A stretch of DNA of 64,000 bases from an uncultured Chloroflexia bacterium (GTDB taxonomy: Bacteria; Chloroflexota; Limnocylindria; Limnocylindrales; CSP1-4): assembly GCA_963775225.1 (NCBI GenBank), contig CAVZHW010000002.1:211909-275908 (forward strand). The letters are read 5' to 3'. The notes under the pieces are model-generated. The model was not told where the DNA came from. It saw nothing but the letters and a program-made list of their open reading frames with translations, and did no database searches. Within the stretch, counting starts at the first letter, position 1. Each line of letters opens with the position of its first letter. This document shows, piece after piece, positions 19,515-28,683 of the stretch. The translations under genes were made by a program, and so were the position numbers.

Positions 19515-21254
19515 GTGTCTGAGAAGCGCCGCGGCCGCATTCCGGTCACCAGCCTGGCGCTGGTGCTGCTCGCGGCGGTCGCCTGCTCCGGAGGGCCGTC
19601 GAGCCCAGCAGGGCGGCCGAGCGTCGCGACGCCCAACCAGGGCGCCTCCGCGTTCGGCGCCGCGCCGGCCACCGACGTCGCGTTGGGGCCGACGGCAGCC
19701 GACGCGTCAGTTTCCATCGCGGTCAGCCTGCGCCTGCCGGGCGAGGCGGCACTGGCCGACTACCTGGCCGGCCTGTCGAACCCGGCCTCGTCCGAATACG
19801 GCCACTACCTGACCGCCGCGGAGTTCGGCGCTCGTTTCGGCCTGCCGCTCTCGGAGATCGACCGTGTCGTCGCCTGGCTGCGCGACGGCGGGCTGGCCGT
19901 GACTCGGCTGCCGCAGCGCACGTCGCTGTCCGTTACGGGCACCGCCGGACAGGTCGAGCGGCTGCTCGGGATCGGCCTGATGGATCGTCAGACGGCCGAT
20001 GGCCAGCGCTATCACCTGCCCACCGGCTCAGCGCAGATACCGGCTGAGCTGGCCGCCGACGTGGCCAGCATCGTGGGCCTCGACAACGAGCCGGCGCTGC
20101 GCTCAGGTTTCGACAGCGTGAGCGGCCGTGACGTGCCCAACGGTGCGCTGGGGCCGGCCGACGTCGCGCGCGCCTACGGCATCGACCAGTTGTGGGCCGC
20201 CGGGCTGCACGGCGAGGGAGTGTCGGTTGGGCTCGTCGCGCTCGACACCTTCACCCAGAGCGACGTCGACAAGTTCGACCGGCGTAACGGCATCAGCGGG
20301 CCACCGATTGACGTCGTGCGCATGCCCGACGCCCTCGCCTCACCGGGCGACGAAGCCGGCGAGGTGGCCCTCGACGTGCAGGTGCTGCGCGGCATCGCGC
20401 CGAACGCGCAGATCGTGGCCTACGAGGGCAGCACCGACTTCGGATCGATGGGCCCGCTCATCGCGCGCATCGTCGCCGACGGGCGCGTCAAGATCGTCAG
20501 CATCAGCTTCGGTCTGTGCGAGAAGTACTACCCGAACGACGTGCGCCGGGCGGACGAGCAGGAACTGGCCGCCGCGTACGCCGCGGGTATCAGCGTCTTC
20601 GTCGCGAGCGGTGATTACGGCGCATATGACTGCCGCAACCTGCAGCTGCGCAGCGGGCCGCAGGACCGCGACCTGACGGCCTCGACCGACTGGCCGTCAT
20701 CCAGTTCCCACGCGATCTCGGTGGGCGGCACGTACCTGACCGTGCGCCAGGACGGCACGTACCTCGACGAGGCAGCGTGGGCCGATCCATTGAGCGGTGG
20801 CTCCACGGGTGGTGGCCTGTCGCTGGCCGTGCCCCGGCCGGATTGGCAGGCTGGTCCAGGCGTCGACAACAGCGACAGCAACGGCATGCGCCAGGTGCCC
20901 GACGTCGCCGGACCGGCCGACCCGTCGAGCGGCTTCGACATCCAGTACACCGAGGCAAGCGGCGACTTCGTCGATGCGCTGGTCGGCGGCACCAGCGCCG
21001 CCACGCCCTTCTTCGCGGCCACCATGGTGCTCACCGAGCAACTCGCCGAGCGCGAGGGCGTCGCCTTCGATCAGCCACTCGGCCCGTTGCTCTACCAGGT
21101 CGCTGCGCAACAGGGCGCCAATGCGTTCCACGACATCGTGCGCGGCAGCAACCTGCTCCAGGCCGCCGGCCCCGGTTGGGACTATGCCACCGGCCTCGGC
21201 TCACCGCGTGCCCCCCAGCTCGCGCGGGCAATCGTCGATTTACTGACGCGTTGA
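19515..21254 (+). CDS. Sedolisin/kumamolisin-like serine peptidase (S53) lipoprotein
   Basis: GTG start. Lipobox-like LLAAVAC|SG. The pro-kumamolisin activation region (YLTAAEFGARFG) is followed by the S53 catalytic Ser block, VGGTSAATPFFAA. Confidence 0.75.
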   Translation: MSEKRRGRIPVTSLALVLLAAVACSGGPSSPAGRPSVATPNQGASAFGAAPATDVALGPTAADASVSIAVSLRLPGEAALADYLAGLSNPASSEYGHYLTAAEFGARFGLPLSEIDRVVAWLRDGGLAVTRLPQRTSLSVTGTAGQVERLLGIGLMDRQTADGQRYHLPTGSAQIPAELAADVASIVGLDNEPALRSGFDSVSGRDVPNGALGPADVARAYGIDQLWAAGLHGEGVSVGLVALDTFTQSDVDKFDRRNGISGPPIDVVRMPDALASPGDEAGEVALDVQVLRGIAPNAQIVAYEGSTDFGSMGPLIARIVADGRVKIVSISFGLCEKYYPNDVRRADEQELAAAYAAGISVFVASGDYGAYDCRNLQLRSGPQDRDLTASTDWPSSSSHAISVGGTYLTVRQDGTYLDEAAWADPLSGGSTGGGLSLAVPRPDWQAGPGVDNSDSNGMRQVPDVAGPADPSSGFDIQYTEASGDFVDALVGGTSAATPFFAATMVLTEQLAEREGVAFDQPLGPLLYQVAAQQGANAFHDIVRGSNLLQAAGPGWDYATGLGSPRAPQLARAIVDLLTR

Positions 21255-22445
21255 CGCCTCCCGGCTGAGGGTCAGCAACAGCGCCGCGAGCAGGGTGGTG
21301 CGCGGCACGATCGAGTCGATCTCGACGTATTCGGCCGGCGAGTGGGGATTACCGCCCACCGGCCCGAGGCCGTCGAGCGTGGGCACGCCCAAGCCGGCCG
21401 TGGTGTTCGCGTCCGACGCGCCGCCGGTCGCGGCATCTTTCAGGGCGAAGCCCAGGCGCGCGGCAAGGGCCACCGCCTGATCCACCAGCGCACCGGCGGC
21501 GGCGGTCTTCTCCATCGGCCAGAAATGCCCGCGCAGCTCAACCGACGTCACGACGTCGGGCACGGTCGAGCGCTCGGCGATCGCGCGTATCTCCGCCTCG
21601 GCCCGCTCCAGCGCCGCCCGGTTGGTGGCACGCAGGTCGATCTCCAGTTCGGCGTGCTCGGCGATGACGTTGGCCCGCGTCCCGCCGTGCACGGCGCCCA
21701 CGTTCACCGTCACGCCCGGCCAGCGGCCATTGAGCGCGGTCAGCGCCAGGATCTTGTGCGCCGCCTCGACCACCGCGCTGCGGCCCTTCTCCGGCTCGAC
21801 CCCGGCGTGCGCGGCGCGCCCCGCGATGCGCAGCCTGATGTCGACGACACCCTTGCGCGCGCTGACGATGTCGCCGTTCGCGCGGCCCTCCTCGAGCACC
21901 AGCGCGAAGTCGATCGACTGCTCGCGAACCACACGCTCGATGACCGGGGTGCTGGCCGGCGAGCCGATCTCCTCGTCGGGATTGACGACGTACACCAGCC
22001 GGCCGAAAGGCAGCTGGTCGGGAGCACCGACCGTTGACTCCAGCGCGCGCAACGCATACAGCCCCGCCAGCAGACCCGACTTCATATCCGCCGCGCCCGG
22101 GCCGTAGGCCCTCCCGCCGCGCACGCTGAACGGGCGCGCGGCGACCGTTCCGGGTTCGAAGACGGTGTCGAGGTGGCCGATCAACAAGATGTTCGGCCCG
22201 CCCCGCCCGGGGAGCTCGCCCACCAGCGTGTCGCCCAGGCTCGCGTTGGGCTCGACTCGCACACTCGCGCCGAGCGCGCGCAGCTGCTCGGCAACCCAGC
22301 GCCCGACCTCATCCACGCCGGCCTTGGTGTACGTGCCGCAGTCGATGTTCACCAACCGCTCGAGATCGGCCAGGTAGCCGGGCAGCATGCCTTCGATCGA
22401 CTGACGCAGGCGCCCCAGCTCGGCGTCGGTGACTTTTTCGTGCAA
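21240..22445 (-). CDS. M20-family metallopeptidase (carboxypeptidase G2 / ArgE-DapE-like)
   Basis: This is the ORF 21240..22940, trimmed because its 5' part overlaps the real membrane-protein gene at 22502..22933 in another frame. The proposed start is TTG at 22445 (LHEKVTDAELGRL...), with an alternative ATG at 22550. Motifs seen: LLIGHLDTVF, GPGAADMKSG, NPDEEIGSP. Confidence 0.75.
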   Translation of the reverse strand: MHEKVTDAELGRLRQSIEGMLPGYLADLERLVNIDCGTYTKAGVDEVGRWVAEQLRALGASVRVEPNASLGDTLVGELPGRGGPNILLIGHLDTVFEPGTVAARPFSVRGGRAYGPGAADMKSGLLAGLYALRALESTVGAPDQLPFGRLVYVVNPDEEIGSPASTPVIERVVREQSIDFALVLEEGRANGDIVSARKGVVDIRLRIAGRAAHAGVEPEKGRSAVVEAAHKILALTALNGRWPGVTVNVGAVHGGTRANVIAEHAELEIDLRATNRAALERAEAEIRAIAERSTVPDVVTSVELRGHFWPMEKTAAAGALVDQAVALAARLGFALKDAATGGASDANTTAGLGVPTLDGLGPVGGNPHSPAEYVEIDSIVPRTTLLAALLLTLSREASTRQ

Positions 22446-22501
22446 CGGGTTAGCCGCGTGAGTAGGGTCGGTGGGCGGGATGGATCGCGTGGGCCGCGAG
22501 C

Positions 22502-22933
22502 CTACCGCTCCTCGAAGGCCAGGCCGCTCGTCAAGAGCGAGACCAGGCATGCTGCATAGGAGAGCGCGGTCACCAGGTAGGGTGTGGCGACGCGCCACGC
22601 ATCTTCCGAGTGGGTGAACTGGTCGAACCAGATGCTTCCCGACAAGGCAGTCGCCAGCAACGAAATTACGATCCCAAGCACACCCGCCAAGGGATGGTGC
22701 GACCAGATGCCGCGGGCGGCCACGAAATGGAGAACCGCGATCACGACCAGCACCGCCGCGACCGCGGCGAAGAACAGCGCGACCGGTGGCGTGTTGACCT
22801 GCGTCCCATAGATCAGGATCGCCGCGGCGACGACGAAGGCGAGACCGGTGAGTCCGAGCACAAGTGCCGCGATCACCAGCCGTGCTGGTCGGCGGTTGAG
22901 GAGTCGAGAGTCCGAAGCCACGACGCTCTGCAT
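22502..22933 (-). CDS. Small integral membrane protein (4 predicted TM)
   Basis: There are four hydrophobic stretches of about 20 aa (LVIAALVLGLTGLAFVVAAAILI, ALFFAAVAAVLVVIAVLHFV, LAGVLGIVISLLATAL, YLVTALSYAACLVSLL). Codon bias is good. No recognisable family. Confidence 0.6.
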   Translation of the reverse strand: MQSVVASDSRLLNRRPARLVIAALVLGLTGLAFVVAAAILIYGTQVNTPPVALFFAAVAAVLVVIAVLHFVAARGIWSHHPLAGVLGIVISLLATALSGSIWFDQFTHSEDAWRVATPYLVTALSYAACLVSLLTSGLAFEER

Positions 22934-23047
22934 AGCGCACCTCCCTCAGAGCTCGCTTTCAAGCATCGTCCTGCCGCTGCCGGAGCGCAAGACAGGACGA
23001 TCTCTGAACACCGAGTCGCCTTCCGGCGGCCATATACTCCGGCGACG

Positions 23048-24742
23048 GTGCGGCTGGTCGAAATTCGCCTGCTCGATGGGCCGAACCTCTATCGGCTCGA
23101 ACCGGCGGTGCGGATCGAGCTTGCGCTGGGCCGGCGGCGCTCCTGGTACGGGCAGCGGCTGCCCGAGCGTCACTCGGTCGTTCACCTGAGTGCCACGGTA
23201 CCGCGCGCCGATGTGCCGCCGCCGCTGCTCGAACTGGCGCGCCAGATCCGCCTGCTGCACCGGCGCGCGCTGTCACGCGCGGTCAGCGTGACCTTCTACC
23301 GCACCAGCGAACCCGGCCACTGGGTCGTCGCCTATCCATGGCAGGCCGACGATGAAGCCGAGATGGTCGCGCGCACGGCGCTGCGGCTCATCAACGAGCC
23401 GCTTCCCGACAGCGCCGGCGAGCGCCTGTTGCGGCGCATCCGCGAGGCCGGCGGGCGGGCACCGGCCTGGATCACCGACGCGCAGCGGACCATGCCGCTC
23501 ATCAGCATCAGCGGCACCAACGGCAAGTCGACGACGACGCGCATGATCAGCCACATCGCGCGCCTGGCCGGGCGGTCGGTTGGGACGACCACGACTGACG
23601 GCGTGCTGGTCGACGAAGAGCTGGTGGAAGCGGGCGACTACACCGGGCCGCAGGGCGCGCAGCGGGTCTTGGGCCGGCCGGGAGTCGAACTGGCCGTCCT
23701 CGAAACGGCACGCGGCGGCATCCTGCTGCGCGGCCTTGGCTACCAGTCGAACGACGTCAGCGTGCTGACCAACATCAGCGCCGACCACCTCGACCTGCAG
23801 GGCGTCCACACCCTGCCCGAGCTGACCGAGGTCAAGTCGATCATCTGCCGCGTCACGCGGCCGACAGGCGCGGTGGTGCTGAACGCCGACGATCCGCTCG
23901 TCGCGGCACTTGCGCGGCGACTGCGGCCGCAGATCTTCTTCTTCAGCCTGTCGGGCAAGGGGTCAAGACTACGGCGCCACCTCGCGCGCGGCGGGCGCGC
24001 CTACGTGTTCGAGGACGGCTGGCTGGTCGAACGCGAGGGAAAGCGCGCCGAGCGAATCGTTGCCGCGACCGACGTTCCGGCCACGCTCGGCGGGCTGGCG
24101 CGCCACAACGTGGCCAACGCCCTGGCCGCGGCGGCCGGGGTACGCGCGCTGGGCTTGACCGTTCCCCAGGTGGCGCGCGGACTGCGCGACTTTGGCCTCG
24201 ACGCGCGGCTGATGCCCGGCCGGCTCAACGTCTATCGGCGCGGCCGGCGCCTGGTGATCGTCGATTTCGCACACAACGAGGCCGGCCTGGCCGCGCTGAT
24301 CGAAACCGCCGAGGGGCTGGCCGGCGGCCGCCGAGGTCACCGCCGGACAACCATCAGCGTGATCATCGGCACGGCCGGCGATCGGCCCGAGGATTCACTG
24401 CGCGCCATCGGGCGCATCGCCGGCGAGCGCGCCGACGAGGTGGCCATCAAGGAGTCACTGGGCTACCTGCGCGGGCGGACCCGGGCCAGCATCGTGGGCG
24501 AGCTGCTGGCGGGACTCACCCAGGGCGGCGTCGCGGCGCGCGACGTGCCGGTCTACGGCGACGAGCTGGCCGCGATCACCGGCGAGCTGACGGAGCCGGC
24601 GCGACTGGCGGCAGGCCGCGGTGAGCAGCCACACATCGTGCTGCTGATGTGTCACTCGCACCGCGACGAGGTCGAGCAATTCCTCGCCGACGAGGGCTAT
24701 GCCACGGTTGACAGCAGCGCCGCGCTGTCCGGCTTCGGCTGA
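23048..24742 (+). CDS. Cyanophycin-synthetase-like protein with an N-domain-like region and a Mur-ligase (M) domain only; the ATP-grasp domain is absent
   Basis: This is the ORF 22610..24742, trimmed to GTG at 23048. The trimmed protein starts MRLVEIRLLDGPNLYRLEPAV, compared with LRILETRVMRGPNIWARAPAI in the neighbouring cphA. The Mur-ligase P-loop ISISGTNGKSTTT lies at about residue 155, versus about residue 513 in cphA. Blocks shared with the cphA M domain: TTTDG, LETARGGILLRGLGY, DVSVLTNISADHL, VLNADDPLVA, NVANALAAAA, DFAHNEAG, GTAGDRPED. Confidence 0.75.
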   Translation: MRLVEIRLLDGPNLYRLEPAVRIELALGRRRSWYGQRLPERHSVVHLSATVPRADVPPPLLELARQIRLLHRRALSRAVSVTFYRTSEPGHWVVAYPWQADDEAEMVARTALRLINEPLPDSAGERLLRRIREAGGRAPAWITDAQRTMPLISISGTNGKSTTTRMISHIARLAGRSVGTTTTDGVLVDEELVEAGDYTGPQGAQRVLGRPGVELAVLETARGGILLRGLGYQSNDVSVLTNISADHLDLQGVHTLPELTEVKSIICRVTRPTGAVVLNADDPLVAALARRLRPQIFFFSLSGKGSRLRRHLARGGRAYVFEDGWLVEREGKRAERIVAATDVPATLGGLARHNVANALAAAAGVRALGLTVPQVARGLRDFGLDARLMPGRLNVYRRGRRLVIVDFAHNEAGLAALIETAEGLAGGRRGHRRTTISVIIGTAGDRPEDSLRAIGRIAGERADEVAIKESLGYLRGRTRASIVGELLAGLTQGGVAARDVPVYGDELAAITGELTEPARLAAGRGEQPHIVLLMCHSHRDEVEQFLADEGYATVDSSAALSGFG

Positions 24743-24764
24743 TCCCTTCCGCCGAGCGCCGGAG

Positions 24765-27608
24765 TTAGCCCTCCTCGACCTCGAATTCGCCGGGCGCGCC
24801 GATGGCCGTGCCGCCGGAGCGGTTCGCCCCACCGGCTGCCACCTGGCGATAGACGCCGGTGATGTCGTCGGCACACACCACGACGACGTCGCCCGGCCGT
24901 GCCTGACGCATGCCGGCGGCCACGGCTTGCCCTTCGTCCAGCAGCGTCTCGACGCGCTGCACTCGTCCGCCCGCGCGCCGCGCGCGCTCGATGCCCTCGG
25001 CCAGCAGGACGGCCGATTCACCCTCCTTGCGCCCGCGCAGGTTGGCGTCTTCGCGCAAGACCAGAGCGTCGAAGGCCTGCCCGGCGAGGCGCCCGTACTC
25101 GCGGTGGTCGTCGTCTCGGCGGTCACCCGGCATGCCGATCACGCCGATCGCTCGGCCCGCGCGCGCCGGCTGACGCCCGTCGCCCGAGTCGCCGACGGCC
25201 GGGTCGGCCGAGCCCTCGTTGGTCGGCTCCATGAGCAGCTCGACGAACTCGCCCAGCCGGCGCATGCCGTCGACGTTGTGGCAGTAGTCGAGGATCACCT
25301 TGTAGCCGTTGACCTCGATCTCGTTGAGCCGCCCGGGAGCCTGGAAGAACGACGTGCTGAAGGTGCGCAGAGCCTGGCGAATGTCGTGCAGATGCGCGCC
25401 GGCCGCCCACGCGGCCGCGGCCGCGGCGAGGGCGTTGGCGACGTTCATGCGCGCGCGGCCGCCGAACGTGGCCGGGATGAGGTGCGTGTACTGCAGGTGC
25501 ATCGTCCGGTCGCCCTGGCGCAGCACGATCAGCTCGCCGTCCGGCGTCTGCTGCAGCACCATCGCCGCGCCGCCGCGGCCGCAGTGCCCGTCGACCCGGT
25601 CGTAGCCCTCCTCCCCCTCGTGCTGCTGCATCGAGAAGTAGACGACCCGGCCGCGGCATTGCCGCGTCATGCGCGCGACGAGCGGGTCGTCGGCGTTGAG
25701 CACGGCCATGCCCGCGCGCGGCACCGCCTCGACCAGCACCGACTTGACATGCGCCAGCTGGGCCAGTGTCTCGACGCCGCGCAGGCCCAGATGATCGCCG
25801 GTCACGTTGGTCACCACCGCGACATCGTTGCGGTCGTAGCCCAGGCCCTCGCGCAGGATGCCGCCGCGCGCGACCTCGAAAACGGCGGTGTCGACCGACG
25901 GGTTCTGGAGCACCATCTGCGCCGAGCGCGGGCCGGACATGTCGCCCTTGCGGATCAGCCGGCCGTCGATGACGATGCCGTCGGTCGTGGTCATGCCCAC
26001 GCGGCGGCCCATCAGCTTGAGGATGTGGGCGATCATGCGCACGGTCGTCGTCTTGCCGTTGGTGCCGGTCACGCTGATGATCGGGATGCGCGCGTTCGAC
26101 CCGTCGGGGAAGAGCAGGTCGATGACCGGCTTGGCCACGTACTGTGGCTCACCCGAGGTGGGATGCGTGTGCATCCGGAAGCCGGGTGCCGCATTGACCT
26201 CGACGATGGCGCCGCCCTGTTCGCGGACGGGGACGGCGATGTCGGGCACGATGAAGTCGATGCCGGCCACGTCGAGACCGATCACGAGTGCCGCGGTCTC
26301 GGCGATCTCGACGTTGTCGGGGTGCGCCTCCAGCGTTCGGTCGATGGCCGTGCCGCCGGTCGACATGTTGCCGGTCGCCGCGAGCAGCACGCGTTGCCCC
26401 TTCGCCGGCTTGTCGTCGAGCGACAACCCCTGCCTGGCCAGCAGCTCGTCTGCGGCCGGCGTCACGCGGATGCGCGTCAGCACCCGTTCGTGACCGATGC
26501 CGCGCCGTGGATCGGAGTTCTCCCGGTCGACCAGCTCGCGCACGGTGTGCCGGCCGTCGCCGACCACGCTCGCGGGCATGCGCTGAGCAACCGCCGCCAG
26601 CCGGCCGCCGACCACCAGCACGCGGTAGTCGTTACCGGTGACATACGACTCGACCACCACCTCACCGTGCCGGCTCTCGTCCCACGCCGCCTGGAAGGCA
26701 TTGCGCACGTCGTCGTCGGTGCGCAGGTCGAGGCCGACTCCGCGGCCGTGGTTGCCGTCGAGCGGCTTGACCACGACCGGGTAGCCGATGCGCTGCCCCG
26801 CCTCGACCGCGCCCTTCTCGGACTGCACCACCTGCGAGCGCGGCACGGGCAGCCCGGCCGAGCTGAGCAACTGGTTGGTCAGGCTCTTGTCAGACGCGAG
26901 GTCGACCGCGATCGCCGACGTGCGTGACGTCATCGTCGCCCGGATGCGCTGCTGGTGGATGCCCTGGCCGAGCTGGACGAGGCTCGCCTGGTCGAGCCTG
27001 ATGAACGGGATGTCGCGCGAAACGGCCTCGTCGATGAGCGCCTGGGTGGACGGACCGAAGGCCTTGCGCTCGGCGAGCAGGATGAGATCGGAGAGTTCGC
27101 TGGCGAAATCGAACTCGACCTGGTCGGGCGCAATGAGGTGGTTGAGCAGCTCGACGGCGATGCGCCCCGCCTCGCGACCGACCTCCTCCTCGCGGTACTC
27201 GAAGACCACGTTGTAGCGGCCGGGCTTGCCGGCGCTGCGTGTCTTGCCCAGCCGCGCCTCGGTGCCGGCCAGGCTCTGCAGCTCGAGCGCGACGTGTTCC
27301 GCGACGTGGCCGAGCCACGTTCCGTCACGCAGCCGGGCCAGGAAGCCGCCCCGCCGGCCGAGCGAGCAGGCATGGCCGTCGAGCGTGGGCAGCAGCTCGA
27401 CGAGCGCCTCGTTGAACCCGGGAATCAGGTTGCTCGGCCACTCCTCGAGGGCGCCCAGGTCGACCAGCATCACGATGGCCGGGGCGCGCGCCCAGATGTT
27501 CGGTCCGCGCATGACGCGCGTCTCAAGGATGCGCAGCGTGGGCGCCGGTGCGCGCGACGATCCCGCGCCCGACTTCCCGGCACCCGGCGACCCCACGCCC
27601 GACTTCAC
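24765..27608 (-). CDS. cphA: Cyanophycin synthetase (N, ATP-grasp G and Mur-ligase M domains)
   Basis: This is the ORF 24765..27842, trimmed to GTG at 27608, which is preceded by AAGAGG and a 5-nt spacer. The alternative ATG at 27512 would remove the first conserved strand. ATP-grasp blocks: GYPVVVKPLDGNHGRGV, DYRVLVVGG, IVEVNAAPG. Mur-ligase blocks: ISVTGTNGKTTT, FEVARGGILREGLGY, DYCHNVDG. Confidence 0.9.
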   Translation of the reverse strand: MKSGVGSPGAGKSGAGSSRAPAPTLRILETRVMRGPNIWARAPAIVMLVDLGALEEWPSNLIPGFNEALVELLPTLDGHACSLGRRGGFLARLRDGTWLGHVAEHVALELQSLAGTEARLGKTRSAGKPGRYNVVFEYREEEVGREAGRIAVELLNHLIAPDQVEFDFASELSDLILLAERKAFGPSTQALIDEAVSRDIPFIRLDQASLVQLGQGIHQQRIRATMTSRTSAIAVDLASDKSLTNQLLSSAGLPVPRSQVVQSEKGAVEAGQRIGYPVVVKPLDGNHGRGVGLDLRTDDDVRNAFQAAWDESRHGEVVVESYVTGNDYRVLVVGGRLAAVAQRMPASVVGDGRHTVRELVDRENSDPRRGIGHERVLTRIRVTPAADELLARQGLSLDDKPAKGQRVLLAATGNMSTGGTAIDRTLEAHPDNVEIAETAALVIGLDVAGIDFIVPDIAVPVREQGGAIVEVNAAPGFRMHTHPTSGEPQYVAKPVIDLLFPDGSNARIPIISVTGTNGKTTTVRMIAHILKLMGRRVGMTTTDGIVIDGRLIRKGDMSGPRSAQMVLQNPSVDTAVFEVARGGILREGLGYDRNDVAVVTNVTGDHLGLRGVETLAQLAHVKSVLVEAVPRAGMAVLNADDPLVARMTRQCRGRVVYFSMQQHEGEEGYDRVDGHCGRGGAAMVLQQTPDGELIVLRQGDRTMHLQYTHLIPATFGGRARMNVANALAAAAAAWAAGAHLHDIRQALRTFSTSFFQAPGRLNEIEVNGYKVILDYCHNVDGMRRLGEFVELLMEPTNEGSADPAVGDSGDGRQPARAGRAIGVIGMPGDRRDDDHREYGRLAGQAFDALVLREDANLRGRKEGESAVLLAEGIERARRAGGRVQRVETLLDEGQAVAAGMRQARPGDVVVVCADDITGVYRQVAAGGANRSGGTAIGAPGEFEVEEG

Positions 27609-27691
27609 GCGCCGGCCTCTTGAGCGCGCCGGCTGGCCACCGGCAACGGTTCTGGCGATGTCGCCCTCCCGGGTGATTCTCTCGCGCCTGC

Positions 27692-28606
27692 CTAGCTCGA
27701 GGCGAGCGAGTCGTTTTCGAGCGCGCGGAGCACGGGCGTCGCCACTCGCTCGCGACGCTCGAGGTCGAAACGGTAACCGGCCGGCAGCGAGTGCAGCACG
27801 ACGTTGCTGATCATCACCGGCCGGTGCGCCTTGACCTCCCATACGTCGGTCTCCGATTCGGCGCCGTCGAGGATGGTGACGCTGCGTCGGCCGATGACCT
27901 CCATCACGTGATCGGGACCGATGTCACCCGCGGTGTCCTCGTCGAAGCCGAGGCCGAGCAGCGACGGGTTCGAGGCAATGATCGCCAGCAGCCGGCCCAG
28001 CCGGTTACGCTGCTCGAAGTGCTGATCGATGATCAATCCCGGCAACAGGCCCAGACCGGCCGCCATCTGGAACATGCGCTGCTTGGGTGTTTCACCACTT
28101 GCCCCGAATGCGACCATGTGGGTACTCATCGCGGAGGCGCCTGCGCTCGTGCCGGCGATGACGGCGCCTTCGCGGTGACGCCGCGTTATCGCCTTGCCCA
28201 TGGCCGTGCCGCCGATGGTCGAGGACAGGCGCAGTTGGTTGCCGCCGGTCAGGAACACGCCGGTCGCCTCACGCACTGCGCGGACGGCGGCGGGATCGCC
28301 GGCCTCCTCGCGCGTCGTCGCGTGAATCGGCCTGACCTCGGAAACGCCCAGCTCGCCGAATATGCGCCGGTACATCTCGCCCGCCAGCGGCCCGAGCGAC
28401 GACGCGCTGCTGATGACCGCGATGCACGCTCCGGAACCGCCGGCCAGCTTGACGAAGCGCGTGAGGATGGCGCGCTCGCGCACCTTGTCCTCCGCGCCGC
28501 CGATGACGATGACGTGTCCCGCGCTCACCTGCCGGAGTATGGCATGCGCCAGAGTGGCGGCGTGGTGCACGACTGCCGTTCGGGGCTTGCCGCGAGGCTT
28601 TACCAT
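27692..28606 (-). CDS. cphB: Cyanophycinase (S51 peptidase)
   Basis: This is the ORF 27692..28858, trimmed to ATG at 28606. Motifs seen: VIVIGGAEDK, FLTGGNQLRL, the catalytic Ser block IAGTSAGASAM, and IIDQHFEQRNRLGRL. Confidence 0.88.
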   Translation of the reverse strand: MVKPRGKPRTAVVHHAATLAHAILRQVSAGHVIVIGGAEDKVRERAILTRFVKLAGGSGACIAVISSASSLGPLAGEMYRRIFGELGVSEVRPIHATTREEAGDPAAVRAVREATGVFLTGGNQLRLSSTIGGTAMGKAITRRHREGAVIAGTSAGASAMSTHMVAFGASGETPKQRMFQMAAGLGLLPGLIIDQHFEQRNRLGRLLAIIASNPSLLGLGFDEDTAGDIGPDHVMEVIGRRSVTILDGAESETDVWEVKAHRPVMISNVVLHSLPAGYRFDLERRERVATPVLRALENDSLASS

Positions 28607-28683
28607 GTGCGCCGGGCGGGGGCGCCCAACAAGTTCGGACGAGGAGGACGAGCTCAGCCCCGCCCGCTTAGTCTCCCCAGCCA

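Noticed and set aside
22610-23047. 146-codon N-terminal extension of the N-M ligase ORF. Similar 5' extensions occur in the ORFs for cphA (27609..27842), cphB (28607..28858), metH (5848..6114), the HDAC (44981..45262) and the M20 peptidase (22446..22940).
   Set aside because: The extensions are Arg/Gly-rich and overlap neighbouring genes or intergenic repeats. They lie upstream of internal starts that have Shine-Dalgarno sequences, stop-start overlaps or canonical family N-termini.
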